DNA from: Escherichia coli
GTDB lineage: Bacteria > Pseudomonadota > Gammaproteobacteria > Enterobacterales > Enterobacteriaceae
Assembly (NCBI RefSeq): GCF_003334355.1
Contig: NZ_QOWP01000002.1
Reading direction: 5' to 3' (one strand)
Length of the DNA: 64,000 nt
Under the pieces are notes generated by a model. The model was given only the letters and a program-made list of their open reading frames with translations. It was not told the origin of the DNA and did not search any database. How positions within the stretch are numbered: position 1 is the first letter of the stretch; every line of letters begins with the position of its first letter. This document shows, piece after piece, positions 40,590 to 51,857 of the stretch. The position numbers and the translations under genes are program-made.

Positions 40590-43500
40590 ATGAAGTTTTT
40601 ACCCTATATTTTTCTTCTCTGTTGTGGTCTTTGGTCGGCCATAAGTTTCGCAGACGAAGATTACATCGAATATCGTGGCATCAGTAGTAACAACCGTGTC
40701 ACACTTGATCCACTACGTCTGAGCAACAAGGAATTACGTTGGTTAGCGAGCAAAAAAAATCTTGTGATTGCAGTACATAAGTCCCAAACGGCTACGTTGT
40801 TGCATACCGATTCGCAGCAACGGGTTCGTGGTATTAATGCTGATTATTTAAATCTTTTAAAAAGAGCGTTAAATATCAAATTAACACTCCGGGAATACGC
40901 AGATCATCAAAAAGCAATGGACGCGCTTGCAGAAGGTGAAGTCGATATAGTGTTATCACATTTAGTTACTTCGCCGCCTCTTAATAATGACATTGCTGCA
41001 ACCAAACCATTGATAATTACCTTTCCGGCGCTGGTAACCACCCTTCACGACTCAATGCGACCGCTTACCTCACCAAAACCAGTAAATATTGCTCGGGTAG
41101 CAAATTACCCCCCAGACGAGGTAATTCATCAATCATTTCCAAAAGCAACAATTATCTCTTTTACAAATTTATATCAGGCATTAGCATCCGTCTCAGCTGG
41201 GCACAATGATTACTTTATTGGTAGTAACATCATTACCAGCAGTATGATTTCCCGCTATTTCACTCACTCCTTAAATGTAGTGAAATATTATAACTCGCCG
41301 CGTCAATATAATTTTTTCTTGACCAGAAAAGAATCTGTCATTCTTAATGAAGTACTCAATAGATTTGTTGATGCTTTAACAAATGAAGTTCGCTATGAAG
41401 TATCACAAAATTGGCTTGATACAGGAAACCTGGCCTTTCTGAACAAACCATTAGAACTCACTGAACATGAAAAACAGTGGATTAAGCAGCATCCCAATTT
41501 AAAGGTGCTGGAAAATCCTTACTCGCCCCCCTATTCTATGACGGATGAAAATGGCTCGGTTCGGGGCGTTATGGGAGACATTCTTAATATTATTACCTTG
41601 CAAACAGGTTTAAATTTTTCTCCGATCACCGTTTCACACAATATCCATGCTGGAACACAGCTTAGCCCCGGAGGATGGGATATAATACCTGGCGCTATTT
41701 ATAGTGAAGATCGAGAAAATAATGTTTTATTTGCTGAAGCCTTCATAACAACGCCTTACGTTTTTGTCATGCAAAAAGCGCCTGACAGTGAACAAACATT
41801 AAAAAAAGGAATGAAAGTTGCCATTCCATATTATTATGAGCTGCATTCGCAATTAAAAGAGATGTATCCGGAGGTTGAATGGATACAGGTCGATAATGCC
41901 AGCGCTGCATTTCACAAGGTTAAGGAAGGTGAACTTGATGCTCTGGTCGCGACACAGCTAAATTCGCGTTACATGATCGATCATTACTATCCTAATGAAC
42001 TTTATCATTTTCTTATTCCTGGCGTTCCGAATGCATCGCTTTCGTTCGCTTTTCCTCGCGGAGAACCGGAACTTAAGGATATTATTAATAAAGCACTGAA
42101 TGCAATTCCCCCAAGCGAAGTTCTGCGCCTGACGGAAAAATGGATTAAAATGCCCAATGTGACCATTGACACATGGGACCTATATAGCGAGCAATTTTAT
42201 ATTGTTACGACATTATCCGTTTTATTAGTTGGCAGTAGCCTTTTATGGGGATTCTACCTGTTACGCTCAGTTCGTCGTCGTAAAGTCATTCAGGGTGATT
42301 TAGAAAACCAAATATCATTCCGAAAAGCACTCTCGGATTCCTTACCGAATCCAACTTATGTTGTAAACTGGCAAGGTAATGTCATTAGTCATAATAGTGC
42401 TTTTGAACATTATTTCACTGCGGATTACTACAAAAATGCAATGTTACCATTAGAAAACAGTGACTCACCCTTTAAAGATGTTTTTTCTAATGCGCATGAA
42501 GTCACAGCAGAAACGAAAGAAAATCGAACAATATACACACAGGTATTTGAAATTGATAATGGCATCGAGAAAAGATGCATTAATCACTGGCATACATTAT
42601 GCAATCTTCCTGCAAGTGACAATGCAGTATATATTTGTGGTTGGCAAGATATTACTGAAACGCGTGATCTAATTAATGCACTCGAGGTAGAAAAAAATAA
42701 AGCGATAAAGGCTACCGTAGCAAAAAGTCAGTTTCTGGCAACGATGAGTCACGAAATAAGAACACCAATAAGCTCTATTATGGGCTTCCTGGAACTTCTG
42801 TCGGGTTCTGGTCTTAGCAAGGAGCAACGGGTGGAGGCGATTTCACTTGCCTACGCCACCGGACAATCACTCCTCGGCTTAATTGGTGAAATCCTTGATG
42901 TCGACAAAATTGAATCGGGTAACTATCAACTTCAACCACAATGGGTCGATATCCCTACTTTAGTCCAGAACACTTGTCACTCTTTCGGTGCGATTGCTGC
43001 AAGCAAATCGATCGCATTAAGTTGCAGCAGTACGTTTCCTGAACATTACCTGGTTAAGATCGACCCTCAGGCGTTTAAGCAGGTCTTATCAAATTTACTG
43101 AGTAATGCTCTCAAATTTACCACCGAGGGGGCAGTAAAAATTACGACCTCCCTGGGTCACATTGATGACAACCACGCTGTTATCAAAATGACGATTATGG
43201 ATTCTGGAAGTGGATTATCGCAGGAAGAACAACAACAACTGTTTAAACGCTACAGCCAAACAAGTGCAGGTCGTCAGCAAACAGGTTCTGGTTTAGGCTT
43301 AATGATCTGCAAAGAATTAATTAAAAATATGCAGGGCGATTTGTCATTAGAAAGTCATCCAGGCATAGGAACAACATTTACGATCACAATCCCGGTAGAA
43401 ATTAGCCAGCAAGTGGCGACTGTCGAGGCAAAAGCAGAACAACCCATCACACTACCTGAAAAGTTGAGCATATTAATCGCGGATGATCATCCGACCAACA

Positions 43501-44183
43501 GGCTATTACTCAAACGCCAGCTAAATCTATTAGGATATGATGTTGATGAAGCCACTGATGGTGTGCAAGCGCTACACAAAGTCAGTATGCAACATTATGA
43601 TCTGCTTATTACTGACGTTAATATGCCGAATATGGATGGTTTTGAGTTGACTCGCAAACTCCGTGAGCAAAATTCTTCCTTACCCATCTGGGGGCTTACA
43701 GCCAACGCACAGGCTAACGAACGTGAAAAAGGGTTAAGTTGCGGCATGAACTTATGTTTGTTCAAACCGTTGACCCTGGATGTACTGAAAACACATTTAA
43801 GTCAGTTACTCCAAGTTGCGCATATTGCACCTCAGTATCGCCACCTTGATATCGAAGCCCTGAAAAATAATACGGCGAACGATCTACAACTGATGCAGGA
43901 GATTCTCATGACTTTCCAGCATGAAACGCATAAAGATCTACCCGCTGCGTTTCAAGCACTAGAAGCTGGCGATAACAGAACTTTCCATCAGTGTATTCAT
44001 CGCATCCACGGTGCGGCTAACATCCTGAATTTGCAAAAGTTGATTAATATTAGCCATCAGTTAGAAATAACACCTGTTTCAGATGACAGTAAGCCTGAAA
44101 TTCTTCAGTTGCTGAACTCTGTAAAAGAACACATTGCAGAGCTGGACCAGGAGATTGCTGTTTTCTGTCAGAAAAATGACTAA
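40590..44183 (+). CDS. evgS: hybrid sensor histidine kinase EvgS
   Basis: 1197 aa; periplasmic domains, HisKA/HATPase, receiver, HPt. Confidence 0.95.
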   Translation: MKFLPYIFLLCCGLWSAISFADEDYIEYRGISSNNRVTLDPLRLSNKELRWLASKKNLVIAVHKSQTATLLHTDSQQRVRGINADYLNLLKRALNIKLTLREYADHQKAMDALAEGEVDIVLSHLVTSPPLNNDIAATKPLIITFPALVTTLHDSMRPLTSPKPVNIARVANYPPDEVIHQSFPKATIISFTNLYQALASVSAGHNDYFIGSNIITSSMISRYFTHSLNVVKYYNSPRQYNFFLTRKESVILNEVLNRFVDALTNEVRYEVSQNWLDTGNLAFLNKPLELTEHEKQWIKQHPNLKVLENPYSPPYSMTDENGSVRGVMGDILNIITLQTGLNFSPITVSHNIHAGTQLSPGGWDIIPGAIYSEDRENNVLFAEAFITTPYVFVMQKAPDSEQTLKKGMKVAIPYYYELHSQLKEMYPEVEWIQVDNASAAFHKVKEGELDALVATQLNSRYMIDHYYPNELYHFLIPGVPNASLSFAFPRGEPELKDIINKALNAIPPSEVLRLTEKWIKMPNVTIDTWDLYSEQFYIVTTLSVLLVGSSLLWGFYLLRSVRRRKVIQGDLENQISFRKALSDSLPNPTYVVNWQGNVISHNSAFEHYFTADYYKNAMLPLENSDSPFKDVFSNAHEVTAETKENRTIYTQVFEIDNGIEKRCINHWHTLCNLPASDNAVYICGWQDITETRDLINALEVEKNKAIKATVAKSQFLATMSHEIRTPISSIMGFLELLSGSGLSKEQRVEAISLAYATGQSLLGLIGEILDVDKIESGNYQLQPQWVDIPTLVQNTCHSFGAIAASKSIALSCSSTFPEHYLVKIDPQAFKQVLSNLLSNALKFTTEGAVKITTSLGHIDDNHAVIKMTIMDSGSGLSQEEQQQLFKRYSQTSAGRQQTGSGLGLMICKELIKNMQGDLSLESHPGIGTTFTITIPVEISQQVATVEAKAEQPITLPEKLSILIADDHPTNRLLLKRQLNLLGYDVDEATDGVQALHKVSMQHYDLLITDVNMPNMDGFELTRKLREQNSSLPIWGLTANAQANEREKGLSCGMNLCLFKPLTLDVLKTHLSQLLQVAHIAPQYRHLDIEALKNNTANDLQLMQEILMTFQHETHKDLPAAFQALEAGDNRTFHQCIHRIHGAANILNLQKLINISHQLEITPVSDDSKPEILQLLNSVKEHIAELDQEIAVFCQKND

Positions 44184-44189
44184 ATAGCG

Positions 44190-44216
44190 GCTCCCACAAT
44201 GTTCAAATGTGGGAGC
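44190..44216. terminator. bidirectional hairpin (GCTCCCACA-N9-TGTGGGAGC) between evgS and yfdE
   Basis: Perfect 9-bp stem read directly. Confidence 0.5.
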
Positions 44217-44238
44217 TATTTACCAGCACATCTTACAT

Positions 44239-45384
44239 TTATGATGAGAACTCCTGGCGAATTTGTTCCCCATGCTGGTCGAGCGTTGCCGCTCCCGGCA
44301 TAACATGCGGGTCCGCGCAGCCGCTGATTTTTATCGGATTACCCGGCATCATTATTCCCCCGGCTTCAATCAACATATTTCTCGCCTGAGTTTGTGGCAA
44401 TTTAATGGCCTCAGCCACACTTAATAACGGCGCGACGGGTACACCAACTTCATGTATTCTGGCTAACCAAACTTCAGCTGCCTGCGTTTTTAACGTCCGC
44501 TCAATATATTGTTTAAGAATAGCCTGGTTTTGTACGCGTAAAATATTGCTGCTAAATCGGGGATCATTAACCAGTTCCGTAAGCTCCAGTGCCTGGCATA
44601 ACGCAGAAAAAAGCTTGTCATTACCACAACAAATCGTAATCGGCTTATCCTGAGTATTGAAAACATCAAAAGGTGCCATGTAGGGATGGCGATTTCCCAG
44701 ACGTTGTGGTGACTTCCCAGTTGCGATATATGCCATCAGACCATGCTCCAGAAAACTCAGCGTGGCATCAAACATCGCTATATCGACATGCGCCCCTCTC
44801 TGGCTCTTTTCGCGGCCATAAAGTGCACTCACTATTCCGCTGAATAAATAGACACCGCCGCATAGATCCGCAAGAGATGTACCAACGCGCACTGGCGGAG
44901 CATCAGGATATCCTGTTTCCATCATTATCCCGCTCATTGCCTGAATGATGGTATCGTAGGCAGGAGCATCTTTTAGCGGACCGGTATGTCCGAAACCTGA
45001 CGATGAAGCATATATGAGGCGCGGGTTGATTTCTTGAAGCGTTTCCCATGAAAACCCCAGTTTTTCCATTGTACCTGGGCGAAAATTCTCAGCTAATACA
45101 TCAGCTTGTTTGAGCATATTTATAAATATACTTTTATCGTGATCATTCTTTAAATCAAGAACCACACTCTCTTTGCCATGATTAATAAAACTGTAATAGA
45201 GTGACTGTCCATCCACATAGGGACCAAATGTGCGGGTATCATCACCATGACCCGGCGGCTCAACTTTAATTACCCTTGCGCCCATATTACAAAGAAGTTG
45301 AGTTCCGAAAGGTCCATTAAGGACATGTGTCATATCGATAACTAATAAGCCTTCAAACGGCCCTTTGCTTTCATTATTTGTCAT
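44239..45384 (-). CDS. yfdE: acetyl-CoA:oxalate CoA-transferase (family III CoA-transferase)
   Basis: CaiB/BaiF-type sequence; start taken at MTNNESKG (381 aa). Confidence 0.85.
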   Translation of the reverse strand: MTNNESKGPFEGLLVIDMTHVLNGPFGTQLLCNMGARVIKVEPPGHGDDTRTFGPYVDGQSLYYSFINHGKESVVLDLKNDHDKSIFINMLKQADVLAENFRPGTMEKLGFSWETLQEINPRLIYASSSGFGHTGPLKDAPAYDTIIQAMSGIMMETGYPDAPPVRVGTSLADLCGGVYLFSGIVSALYGREKSQRGAHVDIAMFDATLSFLEHGLMAYIATGKSPQRLGNRHPYMAPFDVFNTQDKPITICCGNDKLFSALCQALELTELVNDPRFSSNILRVQNQAILKQYIERTLKTQAAEVWLARIHEVGVPVAPLLSVAEAIKLPQTQARNMLIEAGGIMMPGNPIKISGCADPHVMPGAATLDQHGEQIRQEFSS

Positions 45385-45457
45385 TTGCTTATGCCTTGAA
45401 AAAAGCCGAAGGTGAAAAGACACTTCGGCATTTATGTAAAATCAATAACATGATTAA

Positions 45458-46402
45458 TTATGAAACCAGTCGACTGACATAAATCCACAAGGGAGCCGTG
45501 ACGACAAAGCCCAGTACGCTCACAGCCAATGACGCTGTACCAGTACGGGTGTAGACATTAAACCGGCTGGCAATAATGATTCCGGAGAATGCCGGCGGTA
45601 ATGCGCCTGCCAGTACCATCATCTGCAGATGTTCGCTGTTCAAATGACATGCCATACCAACGAGAAGCAGTGCCAGTGGCATCAGAATCAGCTTCAGGAA
45701 GGTGTTATAAGCAATTTCGGCACTGAACTCGAATTTATGTGCAGCCAGAGTCAACCCCGCAGCGAATACCGCTACCCCTGAGTTAGCCTTCGCAATCAGA
45801 TTAAAGGTTGGGTCCCATGCTGCCGGAATTTTTACCCCAACCAACACCAGGATCGTTGCCAGAACAGGTGCCCATACTACTGGCTCCTTTGCCGCAGAAA
45901 TTAATGCGCTCAGATTACTATTCTTCTTACCATCCGCTCCTGAGGAAGGATTCAGCAAATACAGACCAATAGGAATAGTAATTGCGTTAACAATAATAGA
46001 AATAATTGCTACCACTAAACCTGTTGATACGGAATCACCATAAATAGGATCGAGAACTGCAAACCCCAGGAATCCAATGGTAGGTGAACCCGCAATTAAT
46101 GCACATACAGCTGCTTCTGCATGGGTACGTTTAAAAAATTTGTAGCAACCAAACCAGGAGAAAAAGAAACATCCGACAATAACCACAAGTGATACAAGGG
46201 TCAGACGAGTGTCCGCAAAAATCATTTCCCTGTTTGCCCGGGTAATAGAAACAAATAGAGCCGCAGGAAGCGCGTAGTTTAATACCAGTTTATTAAATGC
46301 GCGGGCTTGATCTTCTGAAAAAGTTTCTCGTCTGCCGCTAAAATAACCCAACAGCATGATTACGATAATAGGCAATAAATCGCCAATAAAAAATGTTAGC
46401 AT
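45458..46402 (-). CDS. yfdV: AEC-family transporter
   Basis: 314 aa polytopic membrane protein in oxc-frc operon. Confidence 0.85.
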
Positions 46403-46471
46403 AATAGTATTTCCGATAAGGGTCCCCTCACCATCGCATAATGAGTTGGCAAGAGGAGACGATGTCAGTAT

Positions 46472-48166
46472 TTAATTACCAGCGACTTGTTTTGGGTTAA
46501 GTTTGGTAATATGGCCACTTTCAGTTCCTGCTGCAGGGTCGATGACCACATTAATAATGGTCGGTTTGCGCGACTGAATACCGGTGGTTAAAGCATGACG
46601 AAGTTCATCTGTCGTGGTGACGTTATAGCCAACGCCACGAAACGCATCCATTAATTTGTCATACCTTGCATGGTGCATCAGATCCGTTGGTGATGGTGCA
46701 CCAGCGCCACTGAGATCAACACCGTCTCCTCTGTAGATGCCGCCATTATTAAAAATAACGATCGTCACCGGCAGGTTATATCGACAAATCGTTTCAATTT
46801 CCATCCCACTGAAACCAAAAGCACTATCACCTTCAATGGCGACAACCGGAGAACCAGAAGTCACGCTAGCACCGATGGCATAGCCCATACCGATGCCCAT
46901 GACACCCCAGGTACCACAATCCAGACGACGACGTGGTTTATACATATCAATAATATTTCGTGCATTATCCAGGGTATTTGCACCTTCATTAACTAAATAA
47001 ATATCCTGGTTCTCGCGCAATACGTCGCGCACAGCACTTAATGCATTAAAGTAATTTAATGGTTGAGTATCTGTACTTAATTTTTCATGCATTTTTTGTG
47101 CATTTTGCTGCTTGTGGATATTTAAAATATCGCGCCATACCAGTGGAGTCGTAAATGTGTTTTGTTTCAGTTCTGCCAGCATACCTTGCATACTGGATGC
47201 AATATCACCAACGACTGGCACAGCAATGGGGCGGTTGCTGTCAATTTCCTGCGGTTCAATATCCAGTTGAATAAACTGTGTATCTGCCGCCCATCCTTTT
47301 TTACCGTGTGCCAATAACCAATTCAGTCGTGCACCAACAAGCATGACAACGTCAGCATTTGCCAGGGCAAACGAACGCGCAGCTGCCGCAGAAAGTGGAT
47401 GCGTATCTTCAAGGATCCCTTTCGCCATAGACATTGGCAGGAATGGAATCTGAGTACTTTCAATAAATTCACGAAGCTGTTCATCAGCTTGTGAATACGC
47501 CGCGCCTTTGCCAAGGATAATTAATGGCCGTTCAGCTTTTGCTAAAAGCGAAATTGCGCTAGTGACTGACTTCGGGCATGGCAATAATGCTGGCGACGGA
47601 TTTTCAACTTTAACAATCGTGGTTAACGCTTCGTCTTTTTCCATCGTCGCGGCCAGGACATTTGCTGGCAAATCAAGATAAACTCCGCCAGGGCGACCCG
47701 ATACAGAGACCCGGATAGCGCGTGCCAATGCAATGCCAAGATCCTGCGGCTGATTAACGCGAAATGCTGCTTTGGCATACGGTTTTGCCGCATTCATTTG
47801 GTCCAGCTCTTCATAATCACCTTGCTGTAGGTCGACGATCGCGCGGTCGCTGGAGCCGCTAATCATGATCATCGGAAAACCATTTACCGTTGCGTTGGCC
47901 AATGCGGTCAAACCATTGAGGAATCCTGGCGCAGAAACTGTCAGGCAGATCCCCGGTTTTTGGGTAAGAAAACCGCTTGCCGCAGCGGCATAGCCTGCCG
48001 ACTGCTCATGACGAAAACCAATATAACGAATGCCTTCCGCCTGGGCATGGCGTGCCATATCCGTCACAGGAATACCTACAACACCATAAATAGTGTCAAT
48101 ATTATTCTGTTTTAATGCTTCAACGATGATATGCATACCATCTGTCATTTGAAGTTGATCTGACAT
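46472..48166 (-). CDS. oxc: oxalyl-CoA decarboxylase (ThDP-dependent)
   Basis: 564 aa with ThDP-binding motif. Confidence 0.9.
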   Translation of the reverse strand: MSDQLQMTDGMHIIVEALKQNNIDTIYGVVGIPVTDMARHAQAEGIRYIGFRHEQSAGYAAAASGFLTQKPGICLTVSAPGFLNGLTALANATVNGFPMIMISGSSDRAIVDLQQGDYEELDQMNAAKPYAKAAFRVNQPQDLGIALARAIRVSVSGRPGGVYLDLPANVLAATMEKDEALTTIVKVENPSPALLPCPKSVTSAISLLAKAERPLIILGKGAAYSQADEQLREFIESTQIPFLPMSMAKGILEDTHPLSAAAARSFALANADVVMLVGARLNWLLAHGKKGWAADTQFIQLDIEPQEIDSNRPIAVPVVGDIASSMQGMLAELKQNTFTTPLVWRDILNIHKQQNAQKMHEKLSTDTQPLNYFNALSAVRDVLRENQDIYLVNEGANTLDNARNIIDMYKPRRRLDCGTWGVMGIGMGYAIGASVTSGSPVVAIEGDSAFGFSGMEIETICRYNLPVTIVIFNNGGIYRGDGVDLSGAGAPSPTDLMHHARYDKLMDAFRGVGYNVTTTDELRHALTTGIQSRKPTIINVVIDPAAGTESGHITKLNPKQVAGN

Positions 48167-48219
48167 GATTAATAACCTCGAAATTTTTATAAATTGGGAG
48201 CCAGAAGCCCCCGTTAATA

Positions 48220-49470
48220 TCAGATGGCGTGGTTTTGCTTCATTGCAGCAATTTCATCGTCGCTATAACCCAGCTCCTGCAATACAGCAGCGGTATGTTC
48301 ACCTAATAGCGGCGCAGCTTTAATATCCGGCGTAAAGGCAGAGAATTTCATTGGACAACCAACGGTCAGATATTTTCCACGCAACGGTTGTTCCACTTCA
48401 ACAACACTGCCACTTTGGCGCAAAGAGGGATCAAGTGAAATTTCTTTCATACTTAAAACCGGTGCACAAGGAATATCAAACTGAGTCAAATAGGCCACCG
48501 CTTCATGTTTATCAATAGTGACAGTGTATTTTTCGATTTCAGCAAAAATATCGAAAATATGTGGCTGTCGTGCATGGGCTGTACTGTATGCCGGATCGGT
48601 AATCCATTCTGGTTTGCCGATGGCTTTACAGGTGTTTTCCCAGTTTTGCTCCTGAATAGTGAAATAAATATAGGCGTTAGGATCGGTTTCCCAGCCTTTA
48701 CATTTCAGGATCCAGCCAGGCTGACCGCCACCACCTGCATTACCACCGCGGGGAACTGCATCACCAAATGTACCATTCGGATACTGCGGGTATTCTTCCA
48801 GATAACCCAATTTATCGAGACGCTGCTGGTCACGTAATTTCACGCGGCAAAGGTTCAATACGGCATCCTGCATTGACATGGTGACTCGTTGCCCACGCCC
48901 CGTTTTTTCGCGATGCAGCAAAGCAGCAAGTAAACCGATCAGCAAATGCATTCCGGTGTTGCTGTCACCCAACGCTGCAGCGCTTACCAGCGGCGGACCA
49001 TCCCAAAAACCCGTAGTGGATGCCGCGCCACCCGCTGCCTGAGCAACGTTTTCATAGGCTTTTACATTCACATAAGGCGAACACTCATCAAACCCTTTGA
49101 TCGAACCAAAAATCAGACGTGGATTGATTTCTTGAATATGCTCCCAGGTGAAGCCCATGTGATCAATGGCCCCTGGATGAAAGTTCTCGACTAAGATATC
49201 AGCTTCGCGGATCAGCTTTTCCATTACCTCTTTGCCTTCCGCTGTTTTGGTATTTAACTCAATAGAACGTTTGTTACTGTTAAGCATGGTGAAGTAAAGC
49301 GCATCGATATCAGGAATATCTCGCAGCTGGTGACGCGTTACGTCACCAACGCCGGGACGTTCAATTTTAATAACGTCAGCGCCAAACCAGGCCAGCATTT
49401 GAGTACAAGATGGGCCAGATTGCACACCGGTGAAATCGAGAACTTTAATTCCTTGAAGTGGAGTTGACAT
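48220..49470 (-). CDS. frc: formyl-CoA:oxalate CoA-transferase
   Basis: 416 aa family III CoA-transferase. Confidence 0.9.
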
Positions 49471-49721
49471 AGCAATACCTATTAGTTAATTAAATATGTG
49501 TTAATTTAGCGTTTATTTAAGGCGTAATATCTTCTATAAATAACCCGCAAAATATCGTCGTAGCTGCACTCGATATTTTTAAAATCCTGTATCAAGTGCT
49601 GAAAATCATTTCATCGCCACTTCCAATTCCTTTCTGCATGGTAAGTAGTGAGGACGAAAAGAAGAATATGATAAATATTGATTCGTGGTAATCAGAGAGA
49701 GTCGCGACATTTGTGATGTTA

Positions 49722-49739
49722 TTCTTACAACTGTAAGAA
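49722..49739. promoter_or_regulatory. EvgA box, perfect palindrome TTCTTACA-AC-TGTAAGAA upstream of frc
   Basis: Read directly in yfdX-frc intergenic region. Confidence 0.6.
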
Positions 49740-49982
49740 GCGCCGGTGATTTACAAGCAAGGGTATGATTACGCTTTTTAAAGCGTACCATAAAACATAA
49801 CATAATAAATGATTTGTGATGACACGGGATTATTGCGGTTTACTTTGAGGAATATAAAATGCGAGTTTATAGCACCGCGAGCGCCAAATAATTTTATGAC
49901 CACAACCTGTCGTATTGTGGTCATAAAAAATTGTCGGCTGGAGGGAGTTAAATCCTTTACCTCAATATACTGCCTGTCAGCA

Positions 49983-50615
49983 TTAGTTCACAAACAGTGC
50001 TTCGCTATCGACGATGATTCCATCTTCCGCACCTTTAAGCGCCAGGTTTGCCTCGTAGTATTGCTTTTTATCAAGCAGTTTCTGCGCATCAGCAAGTGCA
50101 TTACGAGTCTGTTTAAGTGGCATCAGATATTGGTTTTCCATTACGCCAACACCGGCCAGGCGAAGCTCTTCCATTGCGCCCTTTTTATCCCCTTTCGCCA
50201 TTTTTTCATTGGCAATTTTTATCGCGGCTTCTTTTTCGGGAGTTGCTACATAACTCTCAGAAATTCCGACAGATGCATTAATGACAATATATTGGTCATC
50301 ATTGAGATTGGTCTTTTTACCTGGCTTAGCGAACTTTGCCCATTCGGTACTGTCATCTGACAGCAAAGCGGAAGCTTCATTGGTCAGTTCTTTTGCCTTT
50401 TCTGGATCGCCATGAAACAGAGCCAGGCGCGCTACCTGCACGTCACGCATCGCATATAAACCTTGTTCAGAGATACGCTCTGCTGCTGCCGTTTTCTGGG
50501 TTTGCTGAACTTGCTGAGTTTGCTGTTGTGCCGCTACCGGTGCATTATCAGCAGCCCATACAGTTGAAGATGCCAGAATTGCTGTGACCATCGTAGCCAT
50601 AATTAAACGTTTCAT
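49983..50615 (-). CDS. yfdX: periplasmic protein YfdX
   Basis: 210 aa with signal peptide. Confidence 0.85.
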   Translation of the reverse strand: MKRLIMATMVTAILASSTVWAADNAPVAAQQQTQQVQQTQKTAAAERISEQGLYAMRDVQVARLALFHGDPEKAKELTNEASALLSDDSTEWAKFAKPGKKTNLNDDQYIVINASVGISESYVATPEKEAAIKIANEKMAKGDKKGAMEELRLAGVGVMENQYLMPLKQTRNALADAQKLLDKKQYYEANLALKGAEDGIIVDSEALFVN

Positions 50616-50750
50616 ACTTACCTCATTCTTTAACAGTTTTAGAAAACGCCGCCATCATATTGGGTGAGCATGAAATGAGAAATCAGAGAGCAACGGTCAT
50701 TTTGAAAGGGTTATCTTACAGTTGTAGTTATTATCGCAAGAAGTATTTTA

Positions 50751-50768
50751 GTCTTACAATTGTAGGAA
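50751..50768. promoter_or_regulatory. EvgA box (GTCTTACA-AT-TGTAGGAA) upstream of yfdX; weaker copy at 50713-50730
   Basis: Matches EvgA consensus; located ~135 bp upstream of yfdX start. Confidence 0.55.
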
Positions 50769-50910
50769 TCTGCTTCCTGTCGCAGAGAACTATTCTTATG
50801 TACCACAAAGAGATGTCATTTATTATATCGATGTAAATATTGATTAATTATATGTAAATACAGCCATAACATCGTAGGTTCTCAGTGAACCATTTTCAGG
50901 ATAACTTTCT

Positions 50911-51186
50911 ATGAAAGTAAACTTAATACTTTTCAGCTTATTTTTATTGGTCTCTATTATGGCATGCAATGTTTTTGCATTTTCCATTTCTGGTGGTGTA
51001 AGTGAGAGGAGCTATAAAGAGACTGAAAAAACATCAGCGATGACGACCACACACTCTACAAAACTTCAGCCATCACAGGCGATTTTGTTTAAGATGAGAG
51101 AAGATGCGCCACCATTAAACCTCACAGAAGAAATCACGCCTACTTATCCGACAAAGGCGAATTATCTTATTCATCCTGTGCGATAG
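50911..51186 (+). CDS. ypdI: small secreted/lipoprotein YpdI
   Basis: 91 aa with signal peptide (IMAC). Confidence 0.75.
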   Translation: MKVNLILFSLFLLVSIMACNVFAFSISGGVSERSYKETEKTSAMTTTHSTKLQPSQAILFKMREDAPPLNLTEEITPTYPTKANYLIHPVR

Positions 51187-51262
51187 CGTCTGTCACATGG
51201 CAGGTGAACAATCATGTCTGATGCTGATGTGAACACCTGCCCAAATGAGCCATCCTGACCCA

Positions 51263-51505
51263 CTATCGCCTGCCATACCCCACCATAAAGCGAATCATCA
51301 AGCCACAAGCCGGGGCAAGAAACATAAATATCCCCGTCACCAGTTCATTACCGCCAGTTAACCACATGGTGAAGTAATAAATGAGTGCAGCGAGGATCAC
51401 CATGCCGAAGAAAGAAGAGACCGCCGATACCACGTTCAGTACCTGACCGATGTAGCCGCTTACGCAGACAATACACAGGGCGAGAAACATCCATAAATAA
51501 ATCAT
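51263..51505 (-). CDS. yfdY: small inner-membrane protein YfdY
   Basis: 80 aa, two TM helices. Confidence 0.75.
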   Translation of the reverse strand: MIYLWMFLALCIVCVSGYIGQVLNVVSAVSSFFGMVILAALIYYFTMWLTGGNELVTGIFMFLAPACGLMIRFMVGYGRR

Positions 51506-51857
51506 AGCTCAACCTCCTGCCGCGCTAAAAAACCTGTAACTTCAGTCACTTTAATAGTAAGACAATCCTTAACCTCTGGCAATTTTTGCTAAGCATCAAT
51601 GAAAACAGCATGTTAAATGCAAGACTGTTGTGTACGGAAAAATATTTACTTTGCACGATTAATAATCAGTAGCTGAAAGCAGTCAGCGAGTGATAAAGTA
51701 CAGATACCGCATTCATGCTCCTCGTGGTTATGTCCTGACTAGTCTTTACACTCTTTACAGGAACCATTGTCGTACATGATGGCCCAACCAATTGAGTGTA
51801 CCGCTGTCGACATGGAATCTTCTGCGATACAACAATTCGTATCTACAGAAGGTAACT

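Noticed and set aside
49809-50360. 183-aa plus-strand ORF
   Set aside because: Antisense to yfdX and its upstream region; Cys/Phe-rich, low-complexity translation.
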